DNA from: Verrucomicrobiota bacterium
Lineage (GTDB): Bacteria; Verrucomicrobiota; Verrucomicrobiia; JAWXBN01; JAWXCD01
Length of the DNA stretch: 64,000 nucleotides
Direction of reading: 5' to 3'
NCBI GenBank assembly: GCA_034440535.1
Contig: JAWXCD010000084.1
Coordinates: 5,353 to 69,352, forward strand
The notes beneath the pieces are model-generated. The model ran no database searches. It saw only the letters and a program-made list of their open reading frames with translations, and was not told the DNA's origin. The first letter of the stretch is position 1. Each line of letters begins with the position of its first letter. Position numbers and translations under genes: made by a program. Positions 46,816-56,477 of the stretch are shown here, piece by piece.

Positions 46816-47553
46816 TTAATCACGCCTTTCGGGTGGGTTTCGTCGAAACCTGTTTTGTGCTGCGAGTTTCCAAACCATCCACATCGCTTCACGGGCAATG
46901 TCCCCAGACATCTTTGAAGTTCCGGAATGGCGGTCCTCAAAAATGATGGGGATTTCATCAATACGAAACCCAGCCAACCATGCCATAAACGTCACTTCAA
47001 TTTGAAAGGAATATCCGTTTGATTTAACGCCATCAAGATCGATTCGTTTAAACACTTTCCTGCGGAAACATTTAAAACCGCCGGTCGGATCCGTATACGG
47101 CATTCCTGTAATAGTCTTCACATATTGCGCCGCAGACAAACTTAATATCAGGCGGGCAATAGGCCAATTGAGCACTCGAACCCCCTCAAGATATCGTGAT
47201 CCCAATACAACATCCGCCCCTGAATCAATTCGTTGCACAAACGCAGGCAGTGCCGCTGGGTTGTGAGAAAAGTCTGCGTCCATCTGAAAAATCAGATCGT
47301 AATCACGTGCTAAAGCCCATTTAAACCCCGCAACGTATGCTGTACCTAGTCCAAGCTTTTTTTCCCTCTCAATGATATAAAGACTTTTCTCGAAATGCTC
47401 TTCCTGTCGCACCCATTCCTCAGTCCCATCCTTCGACCCATCGTCAACTACAAGTATATGCGCCTCCGGTAAGTTCTTACGAATAGCCACAAGCAGCAGT
47501 GGAAGGTTTTCCCGCTCGTTAAGGGTTGGTATGATGACTAATGGCTGGTGCAT
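46816..47553 (-). CDS. polyprenol-phosphate mannose/sugar synthase (GT2, Dpm1/Ppm1-like)
   Basis: 245 aa. 'VIIPTLNERENLPLLL', 'VVDDGSKDGT' and 'MDADFSHNP'. Confidence 0.85.
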   Translation of the reverse strand: MHQPLVIIPTLNERENLPLLLVAIRKNLPEAHILVVDDGSKDGTEEWVRQEEHFEKSLYIIEREKKLGLGTAYVAGFKWALARDYDLIFQMDADFSHNPAALPAFVQRIDSGADVVLGSRYLEGVRVLNWPIARLILSLSAAQYVKTITGMPYTDPTGGFKCFRRKVFKRIDLDGVKSNGYSFQIEVTFMAWLAGFRIDEIPIIFEDRHSGTSKMSGDIAREAMWMVWKLAAQNRFRRNPPERRD

Positions 47554-48654
47554 TTATTTTAACCGTAACTTTTGAAAGGCATTTACAACATCCATTTCAG
47601 CCAAATCCGTGATACAAGAAAAGTCTATTCCTTCTTTGCATGAAAGTGGCCTCCGTGAATAATTAAAACACGGTTGGCAGGGAAGTCCACGCCTCACTAC
47701 TTCATGACTCACATCCCAAGGATGAACAAAATCAGGGTTTGTCGGACCAAAAATTGCAACAATGGGTACCTTCATGTATGCCGCCAAATGCATGAGCCCG
47801 GAGTCGTTGGAAATAAAATAACCACATCGACGAATTAAACCGGCACACACTAAAATTGATCGGGGTTCAATAACCTCAAAACTTGTTGGCTCCAAGTGTG
47901 GCACAAGTTGGCTTGTCAACGCCCTGTCTGCATCACCCGAGAAAATAGCGAAAAAAACATCCGGATTTTTTTTCTGAATAGCATTCAAAACTCTGGCAAA
48001 TTTTTCAGGGGGATAACATCGGCGGTGTTGATTTTTCAATGTATTACACCCGGCGTGAATTCCAACAATGGTACGCCCAATCCACTTTTGAAAAAAGGCA
48101 CCTGCTTCTTGGTCGTCCGTTTCAGGAATTGTAATGGCATTCCTTTGAGAAAGATCATGCGTTTCAGTGTTCAACAATCCCCCTGCAACCAATAAATCAC
48201 GATTTTCCTCAACAGAATGTTTAGTGGAAACTTGTCTTATAATAACATGATTAAGGTCTGTAAAGCTGGCATAGGGATCCAGTTGATATCGGTGCCCCAT
48301 TCTTTTTTGTGCTCCGCATAAAAAGGAGGCCACGTTGTATTCAATTCGATTGGATGCGTAAGGGAGAATTCCATAATCGAAGTGTCTTCCCCTTAACCCC
48401 ATAAAAAAAAAGAGATTCTTCAAAAATGAACTGGATAAAATAGGATGATACAATACTTCGTCCACCAGAGGGCTGGCCGTCAAAAGATCCCTACATGATT
48501 TTAACATTGTCATAGAAACAACGCGAAGTTCTGGAAGTTGCGCTTTAAGCAGGGATAAGGCAGGAAGAAAAAGCAATGTATCCCCTAACCCTGATAAGTT
48601 AAAAACGAGAGCCGTCTGTTGTTTCTGTACTGAATCTTTATTCGTTTTTTTCAA
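47554..48654 (-). CDS. glycosyltransferase family 9 (heptosyltransferase-like)
   Basis: 366 aa. 'LSGLGDTLLFLPAL', 'ISNDSGLMHLAAYMKVPIVAIFGPTNP'. Confidence 0.8.
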   Translation of the reverse strand: MKKTNKDSVQKQQTALVFNLSGLGDTLLFLPALSLLKAQLPELRVVSMTMLKSCRDLLTASPLVDEVLYHPILSSSFLKNLFFFMGLRGRHFDYGILPYASNRIEYNVASFLCGAQKRMGHRYQLDPYASFTDLNHVIIRQVSTKHSVEENRDLLVAGGLLNTETHDLSQRNAITIPETDDQEAGAFFQKWIGRTIVGIHAGCNTLKNQHRRCYPPEKFARVLNAIQKKNPDVFFAIFSGDADRALTSQLVPHLEPTSFEVIEPRSILVCAGLIRRCGYFISNDSGLMHLAAYMKVPIVAIFGPTNPDFVHPWDVSHEVVRRGLPCQPCFNYSRRPLSCKEGIDFSCITDLAEMDVVNAFQKLRLK

Positions 48655-51029
48655 TTGGTTTTTTGAGCTGATCTAGTGACAAAGATGGCCAGAGCCGAGG
48701 CGAGAAAGGCGACTAGACTCATAATTGATAAAATATTCAACACCCTGTCCTTAAATTCAAAAGTTACTTTGGCATGACCCGCCGCAATTTTAACCGCACG
48801 AAAGGCATGATTGGCTGAAATGATCTTTTCCTCCTTTCCATTGATATAAACCTTCCATCGAGGATGAAGACAGTCTGCCACAACTAAATATCCATCCGTG
48901 GGAGTTTCAACATCGACCTCAAGTGTATCACTACCGTACTGCCATTTTAATTTTGCATGAGCACCCATGCCAAGCGCCACAGGGGAAGTCCTGGAAAGGG
49001 GTTTATCCAAAATAACCTCGCGGCGCGGATCAAACTCAGGAGAAGTGAGGTACGCCATCCTAGAGGAAGAGGTCATAAATGAAATCGCATTAGTTACAAA
49101 GGAAACACGAGGTAACACTTTTGGATTTTTCCACAAACTAATCCCTCTAGCCGGATCTATCCCCACCCTATCCCAGCCCTGTATGGCAGCGTTCGCAGGG
49201 GCAATTATAAACTTCACGTTTAAGAAATCACGAAGCGCACTGTCTCCCATAACATTCTGCATGATATCCAAGTACGAGGATTGAATCGTCGCTTGATAAC
49301 CTGAAATGGTTTCAATATTAAAAAGCATGCCTTTATTAGGAAGCCAAATTTTGAAGTTTGACTCTACCAAAGAGAGAACGCGAAACTCGGGACCCTTTTT
49401 ACTTTCCGCTTCCAATATTTGCGTGATTGGATCAGCCACGTAAAACTCGTTATTTATCGGGATTGTTTTAATATAACCGGCAGAAATAATGGAGATTTCA
49501 AGAACAAAAAAAATGGCAAGAATACCTAGAGGATGGCGTAGGGAGATAGATTCAGCGGTTCGGGTGGTCGCTTTCCATATACAAACCAGAGCGGCGATCG
49601 AAAAAATAATCGTGTAAAACGAAGCTTTAAACCAATAGTCGATTATTTCACCCAGACCTTGAAACTTAACGAATGGCGAATTTTGAATCATGGGAGCCCA
49701 ATCCGGTGGCATCACTTTGAGCAGGCCCGGGACATTGAACCCGCTCTCGAGCTGGGCCGGCAAAAAGAACCCACTCATCACTCCTATGATAAAAATAGTC
49801 GCAAGCGCGAGAAGTCCGATGGGGAGTGCGACTAGATATTTCCTAATCCTTTTCAATTCCTCCGGCGTCGAACGCAGGAGACTTTCAAAACCATGCGCTG
49901 CCACAATCGCAAGGAGAAATGCTGAAGGATATATAAACCGGTATGGAGCACGGAAAAAACTAAACCCCGGGATGAGTTTATAAGCCAGAAAGTAAGTAAA
50001 AAAGTGTGCCCCTAAAAAGAGGGTGACAAAGAGAAGAAGAATCAAGGACCAAGGCAACGTTCCGGGTGTTTTTTTTCGAAAAAGAATGGCGGCCAATGCG
50101 AGTATCAAAGCAATCATTCCTACATGATCAATATTGAGTCTAATGGCCATGCGCCCCCAATAATAGGGGGTAGACGAATTAATTTTTGGGAAAAAATTGC
50201 GGCCGTTTGTCCAGTCTCCAAAAGCCGCAGGTATATAAAAAGCGAACATCTCCTCCTGAGGCAGTGATCCCCATGATGATTCCTCGTAGGACATCGCTTG
50301 GCCACGTGTAGTGCTTTCTTTCATTTCAAGTACTCGATATAACTGAGGGCCAGCCATGACGAGCATGATGATCAACGCAAGAACCATAGGGCGGATGATC
50401 AATTTTAATTTTGTTTGAAGGGTTCTTATTCGGATCACGGCATAGAAAAGCGCTAGAAAAAAGAAATAGAAAACGAGTTGATAATGGAGTTGAGTCAACA
50501 TGAGCCCCGCGACGACCCCAAAAATCAAGGACCCGAATAAGAAACGTCCTGAAAGTGCTATCTCAAGTCCTAAAAAGATCCAAGGTGCCAATGCCATTAT
50601 GAAAATAAAGGGAAATTGACCCACTGACCCAATGAATACCGACCCGCAACTATAGGAAGCGGCAGCTATAAAACACGCCCAAGGGGATAAGCCATATCTT
50701 TTTAGGAAAAGATAGGTCCCACCTGCCGCTAGAAAAAAATGCAGCACGATCAGTATCGCTAATCCGAGAGTAGGCCCTAGGGCTTTGCATAATAAAATGG
50801 GGGGATAAGAAAATGGAACGTTAAACACGTCGTACGGAAATCCACCCAAAACCAAAGGGCACCAATGCGCGGAGGTCTCGTAATAAAACTTCAACATCGG
50901 GTAAGAAAGAGATATTGAATCGTCCCCGGATATCATTTGCCCGGGAATAAATAACCTCCCAAAGAAAACAATGGCTAAAAATACAAATAAACCTGCAAAA
51001 ATAAGTTCTGAGTTTTTTTCTTTGGTCAT
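48651..51029 (-). CDS. YfhO-like polytopic GT-C membrane protein
   Basis: 792 aa. About 14 TM segments, a large C-terminal extracytoplasmic domain and a final TM anchor. 4-nt overlap with the GT9 gene. The family call rests on architecture only. Confidence 0.5.
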   Translation of the reverse strand: MTKEKNSELIFAGLFVFLAIVFFGRLFIPGQMISGDDSISLSYPMLKFYYETSAHWCPLVLGGFPYDVFNVPFSYPPILLCKALGPTLGLAILIVLHFFLAAGGTYLFLKRYGLSPWACFIAAASYSCGSVFIGSVGQFPFIFIMALAPWIFLGLEIALSGRFLFGSLIFGVVAGLMLTQLHYQLVFYFFFLALFYAVIRIRTLQTKLKLIIRPMVLALIIMLVMAGPQLYRVLEMKESTTRGQAMSYEESSWGSLPQEEMFAFYIPAAFGDWTNGRNFFPKINSSTPYYWGRMAIRLNIDHVGMIALILALAAILFRKKTPGTLPWSLILLLFVTLFLGAHFFTYFLAYKLIPGFSFFRAPYRFIYPSAFLLAIVAAHGFESLLRSTPEELKRIRKYLVALPIGLLALATIFIIGVMSGFFLPAQLESGFNVPGLLKVMPPDWAPMIQNSPFVKFQGLGEIIDYWFKASFYTIIFSIAALVCIWKATTRTAESISLRHPLGILAIFFVLEISIISAGYIKTIPINNEFYVADPITQILEAESKKGPEFRVLSLVESNFKIWLPNKGMLFNIETISGYQATIQSSYLDIMQNVMGDSALRDFLNVKFIIAPANAAIQGWDRVGIDPARGISLWKNPKVLPRVSFVTNAISFMTSSSRMAYLTSPEFDPRREVILDKPLSRTSPVALGMGAHAKLKWQYGSDTLEVDVETPTDGYLVVADCLHPRWKVYINGKEEKIISANHAFRAVKIAAGHAKVTFEFKDRVLNILSIMSLVAFLASALAIFVTRSAQKTN

Positions 51030-51127
51030 GGGAAGAATGGATGAGTTTCCCCTTTTTATTCTTCAATGAAAGCAAAAAATCTGCACAACGATTGCATGAT
51101 TCCCCCTTTTTCGGTATTTAACAGATA

Positions 51128-51589
51128 ATGCGGATTTCAAAAAAAAGTGAGTATGCTTTAAGGGCAATGATCAATATCGGGATGAATGAATCCCGCAATA
51201 TTTTTAATGTGGCTCAGATCTCCAAAGAAGAGAACATTCCCGAAAAGTTCTTGGAGCAGATTCTTCTATTATTGAAAAAAGCAGGATTTCTTAATAGCAA
51301 ACGCGGGGTCGGCGGTGGATATTTGCTCGTTAAACCATTAAAGGAAATACGGGTGGGTCAAATTATCCGATTAATGGACGGTCCACTTGCTCCTATTACG
51401 TGTGTAAGCCAGACCGCCTATGGTCGTTGTTCATGCCCGGATGAAAAAACATGTGGACTCAGATTAGTTATGCTGGATGTCCGCAACTCCCTCTCAGCTT
51501 TGCTCGATAACTTTACAATTGCCGATATCGTGTATTCTGTGGGTAAAAAAAATATGGAAACGATCACAGGATTAAGTTTCGATATTTAG
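51128..51589 (+). CDS. Rrf2-family transcriptional regulator (Cys-containing, IscR/NsrR-like)
   Basis: 153 aa. 'MRISKKSEYALRAM', wHTH 'SKRGVGGGYLL', and Cys cluster 'CVSQTAYGRCSCPDEKTC'. Confidence 0.88.
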   Translation: MRISKKSEYALRAMINIGMNESRNIFNVAQISKEENIPEKFLEQILLLLKKAGFLNSKRGVGGGYLLVKPLKEIRVGQIIRLMDGPLAPITCVSQTAYGRCSCPDEKTCGLRLVMLDVRNSLSALLDNFTIADIVYSVGKKNMETITGLSFDI

Positions 51590-51642
51590 CCCCAATTACT
51601 GACCTCATGGCTCTAGCAAAAATGAGGTACAAGGCCTACCCA

Positions 51643-54054
51643 TCACAGCGTCTCATCCCAGAACCGTGAAAAGGCGCGGCTCCAGGTTCTATCCTCAACA
51701 GACCGACGGCACTGCCTTTTCATTTCCTCAAGTTTACCCACCCCAGTTAAAAACTTTTCCATGGCTTCAGCGAAGGACACGGGATCCATCGAACGCGTCA
51801 CATACCCCGTTTCCCCTTCCACGACAAGTTCCCTAGGTCCTCCCGTATCAGACACAATGGTGGGGAGCCCGGCCGCATGAGCTTCCAAGACCACATTTCC
51901 AAATGTGTCAGTCGTGCTCGGGAACACAAAAACATCAGCCGATGCATAGGCCGTCCACAAAGGATTTCCTCTTAAATACCCTGTGAAAGTGACTTCCGGG
52001 TATTTGTGCTTCAACTCCTTAAGATAGGGGCCATCTCCCACAACCACCATTTTAGCATTTGGAAAATTGGGTTCGACTCTTTCAAAGGCCTCCATCACGA
52101 CATCTATATTCTTTTCCTTCGATACACGGCCAACGTACAGGAATATAATTTCGTCCCCCTTCAACCCATACGTATTCCAGAACTGACGATCATTTCGGTT
52201 CGGATTGAATGATTCCGTGTCAATCCCTCGAGGCAAGATTTTGATTTTATTGGCTGGAATCCCCCGTTCAACCCAGAGATCCATATAATATTGCGAATTG
52301 ACGTAAACAAGGTCCATCTGTTGGTAAAACCAAAACATGTATTTCCAACAGAGTGTTTCGAGCATGTCGTCATCAATCAGAATTTTCACATACTGCGGGA
52401 AGTCCGTATGGTAAATCGCGACTGTCTTGAGCCCTAACAACTTCGCCGCCAATAACGCGGAAACTCCAACAGGGCCAGGAGTGCTGATGATGAGTTCTGA
52501 AAATTTTTCTCTCTCACAATACTCCACTATATTTAAAAGGGGTGGAAAACTGAGTTTCTGCAATTCATACTCGGGAATTTCGAACTCTCCCACAGGCGCG
52601 AAGTTTTTGATTGGAATATCAGAAAACGCAAGAGACGCCCTAGAAGTGACCACCTGTAAATCCTTATTTTGAATTTGGGCTTGCTGCACCATGGTTCTAA
52701 TAGTGGTCGCCACCCCGTTAACATCCTCAATTGTATCTGTAAACCAAGCGCGTTTTGTATTTTGCAAGGATTCAGGAACCGATCCTAAAAATCTTTTGGC
52801 TGCCTCTCCAAGCAGGTGTCGATCTTTGTGCACTTCGTAAAAGCCTTTTACATAAGGAAAGACCATAAGAAAAAGAGGCGCCATGGCCGTGACTGCCTGC
52901 CAACTTTCAAGTAGTTTCCCTTCCCCCACCCTTTGCACAAACTTGTTGAAAAAAACATAGGCAAGCCTGTTAGTCAAATGGGTAGCCGTAATAAAAGATT
53001 TGCGAGGAAGTGATGTTTCAACACTGAGTTCTTCTTCAAGAATCTTTTGAAATTTCTTTTCTTCGAAAATTTCAGCGAGTTCCCGAGCCATCGTAATAGT
53101 CTGCAAGGACTGCCCTTTCCCCGTGATCGTCTGGGCAAACCACTCCACTCCAAACCCCATCTTCTCCTGGAAAGAAAATGATGTCGGATTTTTCCCTGCT
53201 AGAAATTTGGATAACATGTTCGAAACGAGCGTGGAGGCAGACGCAGCTTTTAAACCAGGTGATTTTGCAATGGTATGCTGAAAAAAATAATAAACGGTCG
53301 CATACAACCGGTGTGAAAAGCTGAGAGCTGACCCAGACTCACCTTCCATCAATGCCGTACCCTTGACCAATTCATTCAAAAACTCTTCCACAGATCCGCC
53401 GTGAGGGACTTTTGTGTAGCACCGCGCAATGTGGAGACTTGAATAATCGTCAGACGAACCAAAAAATGACTTTTTCCAAGGTTCTTTGCAAAGAGCCTTG
53501 AAACCATGTTTCCTTTCGAGTTCCTCAATTTTCTGGGGCGTTAAGGCCGACAAACATTGTACCAATGTCTCGTTAACCAACTTATCGCATTGCCCATTTA
53601 ACCCTTCGAAAACAGTGCATAAAAGAACGATTTTTTCAAAATGATCGATTGAAAACCTTCGATCGGCTGTAAAAAAAGGATGCGACACTCCGTGAACAAT
53701 GTTTTGCCCTTGCATCCATTCAACGAGTTTAAATATATCGCGTCTTAACTTCTGAATCTGCTCGTGTTGTGCAGGGGTGATATTCCAAGCTAAAAGATGG
53801 GTTTTAACCCCGTCAGGAAAGTAGGCCGTAATCTCTTGACTGATAAAAAAGCCAGGCTTCCCAATCAACTTAAGGCAGCCCTCGATGGAGTTGCGATCCG
53901 TAATGGTGACAAAATCCATCCCTGCTTTAATCAGAGAATCGTAGAGAAACTCGGGCTCCGAGAAGCTCTCAGGAACTCCTAGTCGTCGCAATATCCATTC
54001 AGGAGGCCGTCTCGAAAACCGGGAATGAACTTGTAGATCTGCCTTTGTTCCCAT
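51643..54054 (-). CDS. PHP-domain / GT4 (GT-B) glycosyltransferase fusion protein
   Basis: 803 aa. The N-terminal 'ADLQVHSRFSRRP...DFVTITDRNSIEG' is PHP-like. The C-terminal 'VGRVSKEKN', 'FVFPSTTDTFGNVVLEAHAAGLPTIVSD.GGPRELV' is the GT4 EX7E region. Confidence 0.75.
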   Translation of the reverse strand: MGTKADLQVHSRFSRRPPEWILRRLGVPESFSEPEFLYDSLIKAGMDFVTITDRNSIEGCLKLIGKPGFFISQEITAYFPDGVKTHLLAWNITPAQHEQIQKLRRDIFKLVEWMQGQNIVHGVSHPFFTADRRFSIDHFEKIVLLCTVFEGLNGQCDKLVNETLVQCLSALTPQKIEELERKHGFKALCKEPWKKSFFGSSDDYSSLHIARCYTKVPHGGSVEEFLNELVKGTALMEGESGSALSFSHRLYATVYYFFQHTIAKSPGLKAASASTLVSNMLSKFLAGKNPTSFSFQEKMGFGVEWFAQTITGKGQSLQTITMARELAEIFEEKKFQKILEEELSVETSLPRKSFITATHLTNRLAYVFFNKFVQRVGEGKLLESWQAVTAMAPLFLMVFPYVKGFYEVHKDRHLLGEAAKRFLGSVPESLQNTKRAWFTDTIEDVNGVATTIRTMVQQAQIQNKDLQVVTSRASLAFSDIPIKNFAPVGEFEIPEYELQKLSFPPLLNIVEYCEREKFSELIISTPGPVGVSALLAAKLLGLKTVAIYHTDFPQYVKILIDDDMLETLCWKYMFWFYQQMDLVYVNSQYYMDLWVERGIPANKIKILPRGIDTESFNPNRNDRQFWNTYGLKGDEIIFLYVGRVSKEKNIDVVMEAFERVEPNFPNAKMVVVGDGPYLKELKHKYPEVTFTGYLRGNPLWTAYASADVFVFPSTTDTFGNVVLEAHAAGLPTIVSDTGGPRELVVEGETGYVTRSMDPVSFAEAMEKFLTGVGKLEEMKRQCRRSVEDRTWSRAFSRFWDETL

Positions 54055-54063
54055 AAATTAAAA

Positions 54064-55797
54064 GTGTTGTACTCATTCACACCATTTTGGCAACAGTTAT
54101 CCATTCACCTTTTTTTGGGGTTAGTTTTTTTCTTTCCATCAACAGCTTCTGGCCAATCGGTTGTCGCATCATTACCAGGCCCTAAACAGATGTCCGTCGT
54201 TGAAATGAAACAGATAAAAGATACGGTCTCAGCTATATCAACAGGCGATGCAAAAACATTAAGCCACGATATCTATGTGTGGCTTGATGCGCATTATACC
54301 GCAGACGCCGTACTCACCCAAAATTGGCAGCAAATGTGGATTTATTACCAACTCATTGAGTTTAAATCGTACTTGGGCACTTTTCCAAATGAACTGTGGA
54401 CTTACTGTATTGATCACCCTGAATTCGCTCTCGATCTGTGCGAATCAATTAAGGATGAAGACAAAGTAAATCTGGTTTTGGAGCACCTTAATACTCTACT
54501 GACGCATGACCCAGTCGCATTTAAAGAATTTTACCGCGTTGCCATTGCTTTTAGTCTCGTTTGGGACCAGCCACCCCCTCTTCAAATTCACTTTCAAACG
54601 GGTACCGGTCGCATACCAGAGGATTCCTCAACGGTTATCTCACGTTTCGATTTTTATTGCTCAAAAAACAAAACGACAGCGTTGCGATATGATTTAAGAA
54701 AACTAACGGTTGATCAATTGATCTTCATCATCGATTCCGCTGTAGCCCTTTCGGAACTCGAATGGGCGTTAAAAAACGCTAAAACTTCGAGAAGTGATTT
54801 CGACAGTTTGTTTACTAGGATTCAATATGATTCCAAACGCCTAGACGAAGAGCGGTATCACTGGGACAAACCAAATTACACCCTGACCGAAATTGAAACG
54901 CACGGCGGAATTTGTGTCGACCAAGCCTATTTTGCATGCATTGCTGGGAAAGCCATGGGCATTCCTACCGTATTCTTCACTGGAACGGGCCAAAATGGTG
55001 GACATGCTTGGGTGGGCTTCATGAAATCACTTGGTAAATGGGATATGGAAGTGGGCCGTTACCAAAGCGGGCGTTATGTGACTGGGCACGCCCTCAACCC
55101 CCAAACGGGAAAGCTTATTTCTGATCATGATCTTGATTTGCTGACGAAAGGATTCCGTCAACTGCCAATGTATGAAAAGGCAACTTGGAATTATAAAGCC
55201 GGACGACTTTTTCAAAGTGCGAACAAGTCAAAATCTCTGAGTTGCGCAATGGCAGCCATCGGGATTTATCCACGCCATATTGAATCATGGGAACTTAAGA
55301 CCACCTTGGTTGAGTCAGATCCAAAGGCCCTGGAACCTCACCTGGAGAAAATGATACAAACATTCCAGTCTTACCAAGACATTAAGTTTGCGACGCAATT
55401 TAAGCTTATCCGTCTTTACGAAAAGTTAGGGCAAAAAGACAAAGTTAAAATGCTGAGTGGGAGTATGATCCGAAGAAGCGAGGACCGCCCAGACTTAGGA
55501 TTACAAATTGTGCGTCTCAATATTATTAATGCGTTACAAGAGGGCCAGGATCAAAAAGCATTGAACGAATTAAAAGGTGCAGCCCGTCGATTTCCATTGG
55601 AGTCTGGGCTAATGGTCAATCTACTGGAAGATTTTGTGGTGGTATGTGCCGAGTCAGGCAAATTAGATCTTGCCGAAAAAGGGATTTCTTACACAAAGGA
55701 AACCATTACGCGCAACTCATTAGTGGACAGGCAGTTGGAAGGGATAGAAGAAAAATGGCGGAGCCTACGGGGCTCGAACCCGCAACCTCTGCCGTGA
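54064..55797 (+). CDS. secreted transglutaminase-like cysteine protease-fold protein with C-terminal TPR-like helices
   Basis: 577 aa with a GTG start and signal-like 'LFLGLVFFFPSTASG'. Core 'GGICVDQAYFACIAGKAMGIPTVFF...GGHAWVGF' gives the Cys/His context. The last 42 nt are antisense to tRNA-Asp. Confidence 0.65.
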   Translation: MLYSFTPFWQQLSIHLFLGLVFFFPSTASGQSVVASLPGPKQMSVVEMKQIKDTVSAISTGDAKTLSHDIYVWLDAHYTADAVLTQNWQQMWIYYQLIEFKSYLGTFPNELWTYCIDHPEFALDLCESIKDEDKVNLVLEHLNTLLTHDPVAFKEFYRVAIAFSLVWDQPPPLQIHFQTGTGRIPEDSSTVISRFDFYCSKNKTTALRYDLRKLTVDQLIFIIDSAVALSELEWALKNAKTSRSDFDSLFTRIQYDSKRLDEERYHWDKPNYTLTEIETHGGICVDQAYFACIAGKAMGIPTVFFTGTGQNGGHAWVGFMKSLGKWDMEVGRYQSGRYVTGHALNPQTGKLISDHDLDLLTKGFRQLPMYEKATWNYKAGRLFQSANKSKSLSCAMAAIGIYPRHIESWELKTTLVESDPKALEPHLEKMIQTFQSYQDIKFATQFKLIRLYEKLGQKDKVKMLSGSMIRRSEDRPDLGLQIVRLNIINALQEGQDQKALNELKGAARRFPLESGLMVNLLEDFVVVCAESGKLDLAEKGISYTKETITRNSLVDRQLEGIEEKWRSLRGSNPQPLP

Positions 55798-55832
55798 CAG
55801 GGCAGCGCTCTAACCAATTGAGCTAAGGCTCC
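55756..55832 (-). tRNA. tRNA-Asp (anticodon GTC)
   Basis: The reverse complement is GGAGCCTTAGCTCAATTGGTTAGAGCGCTGCCCTGTCACGGCAGAGGTTGCGGGTTCGAGCCCCGTAGGCTCCGCCA. It folds as a cloverleaf with a CTGTCAC anticodon loop, a GTTCGAGC T-loop and an encoded CCA. Confidence 0.92.
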
Positions 55833-55897
55833 TCAAAAATTGAGAGTGGACACGCTAGGTTATAGTCCAATTTACGTCAATCCTTTTTAAAAAAGTA

Positions 55898-56443
55898 TTA
55901 TTTAGCCCAACTGCGAGGCACTCTTTTTACCTCTTTAACAGCTGTGTTCGTGTTCATCCAAACAGCAACTGAAGCATTATTCGTGATATTAAAGGGACCG
56001 GGAACAATAATTTTTCCGTCTCCATCTTGGTCAAGCATGACTCGATATCGATAGTCGCCAGAAGCGGTCGCAGAATAAAATGTATCAACAAAAGTCCCTG
56101 AAGCATCGAGGGCATTATTACGGGTTGGAAAATTTAAGAATTTTTGGCCTCTAGGATTATCCACATGGTTTGTTACAGGAGCAATGATGTCCTTAAAATT
56201 ATCATCCACGTAGAACACCTCAGCAGTATTTGTGGGCCAATACTGATATTCATTGTAAAAAAGATTTAATGCTGTCGCTAGTTGCGTCACCTCCACTGAA
56301 GCTTGCGCAATCTTTGCTTGTTTTTTGGCGCTTAAAACTGCGGGAAACAGAAGCCCCGCAAGAATTCCTATTATCGCGATGACTACCAACAATTCAATAA
56401 GCGTAAATCCTCTTTTACGGTTCAATTTAAAGGCAATCTTCAT
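55898..56443 (-). CDS. prepilin-type N-terminal cleavage/methylation domain protein (pseudopilin)
   Basis: 181 aa. 'RKRGFTLIELLVVIAIIGILAGLLFPA' is a class III signal peptide. Confidence 0.85.
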   Translation of the reverse strand: MKIAFKLNRKRGFTLIELLVVIAIIGILAGLLFPAVLSAKKQAKIAQASVEVTQLATALNLFYNEYQYWPTNTAEVFYVDDNFKDIIAPVTNHVDNPRGQKFLNFPTRNNALDASGTFVDTFYSATASGDYRYRVMLDQDGDGKIIVPGPFNITNNASVAVWMNTNTAVKEVKRVPRSWAK

Positions 56444-56477
56444 AACTAATTATACCTCATTCTCATTTGAATTGATA

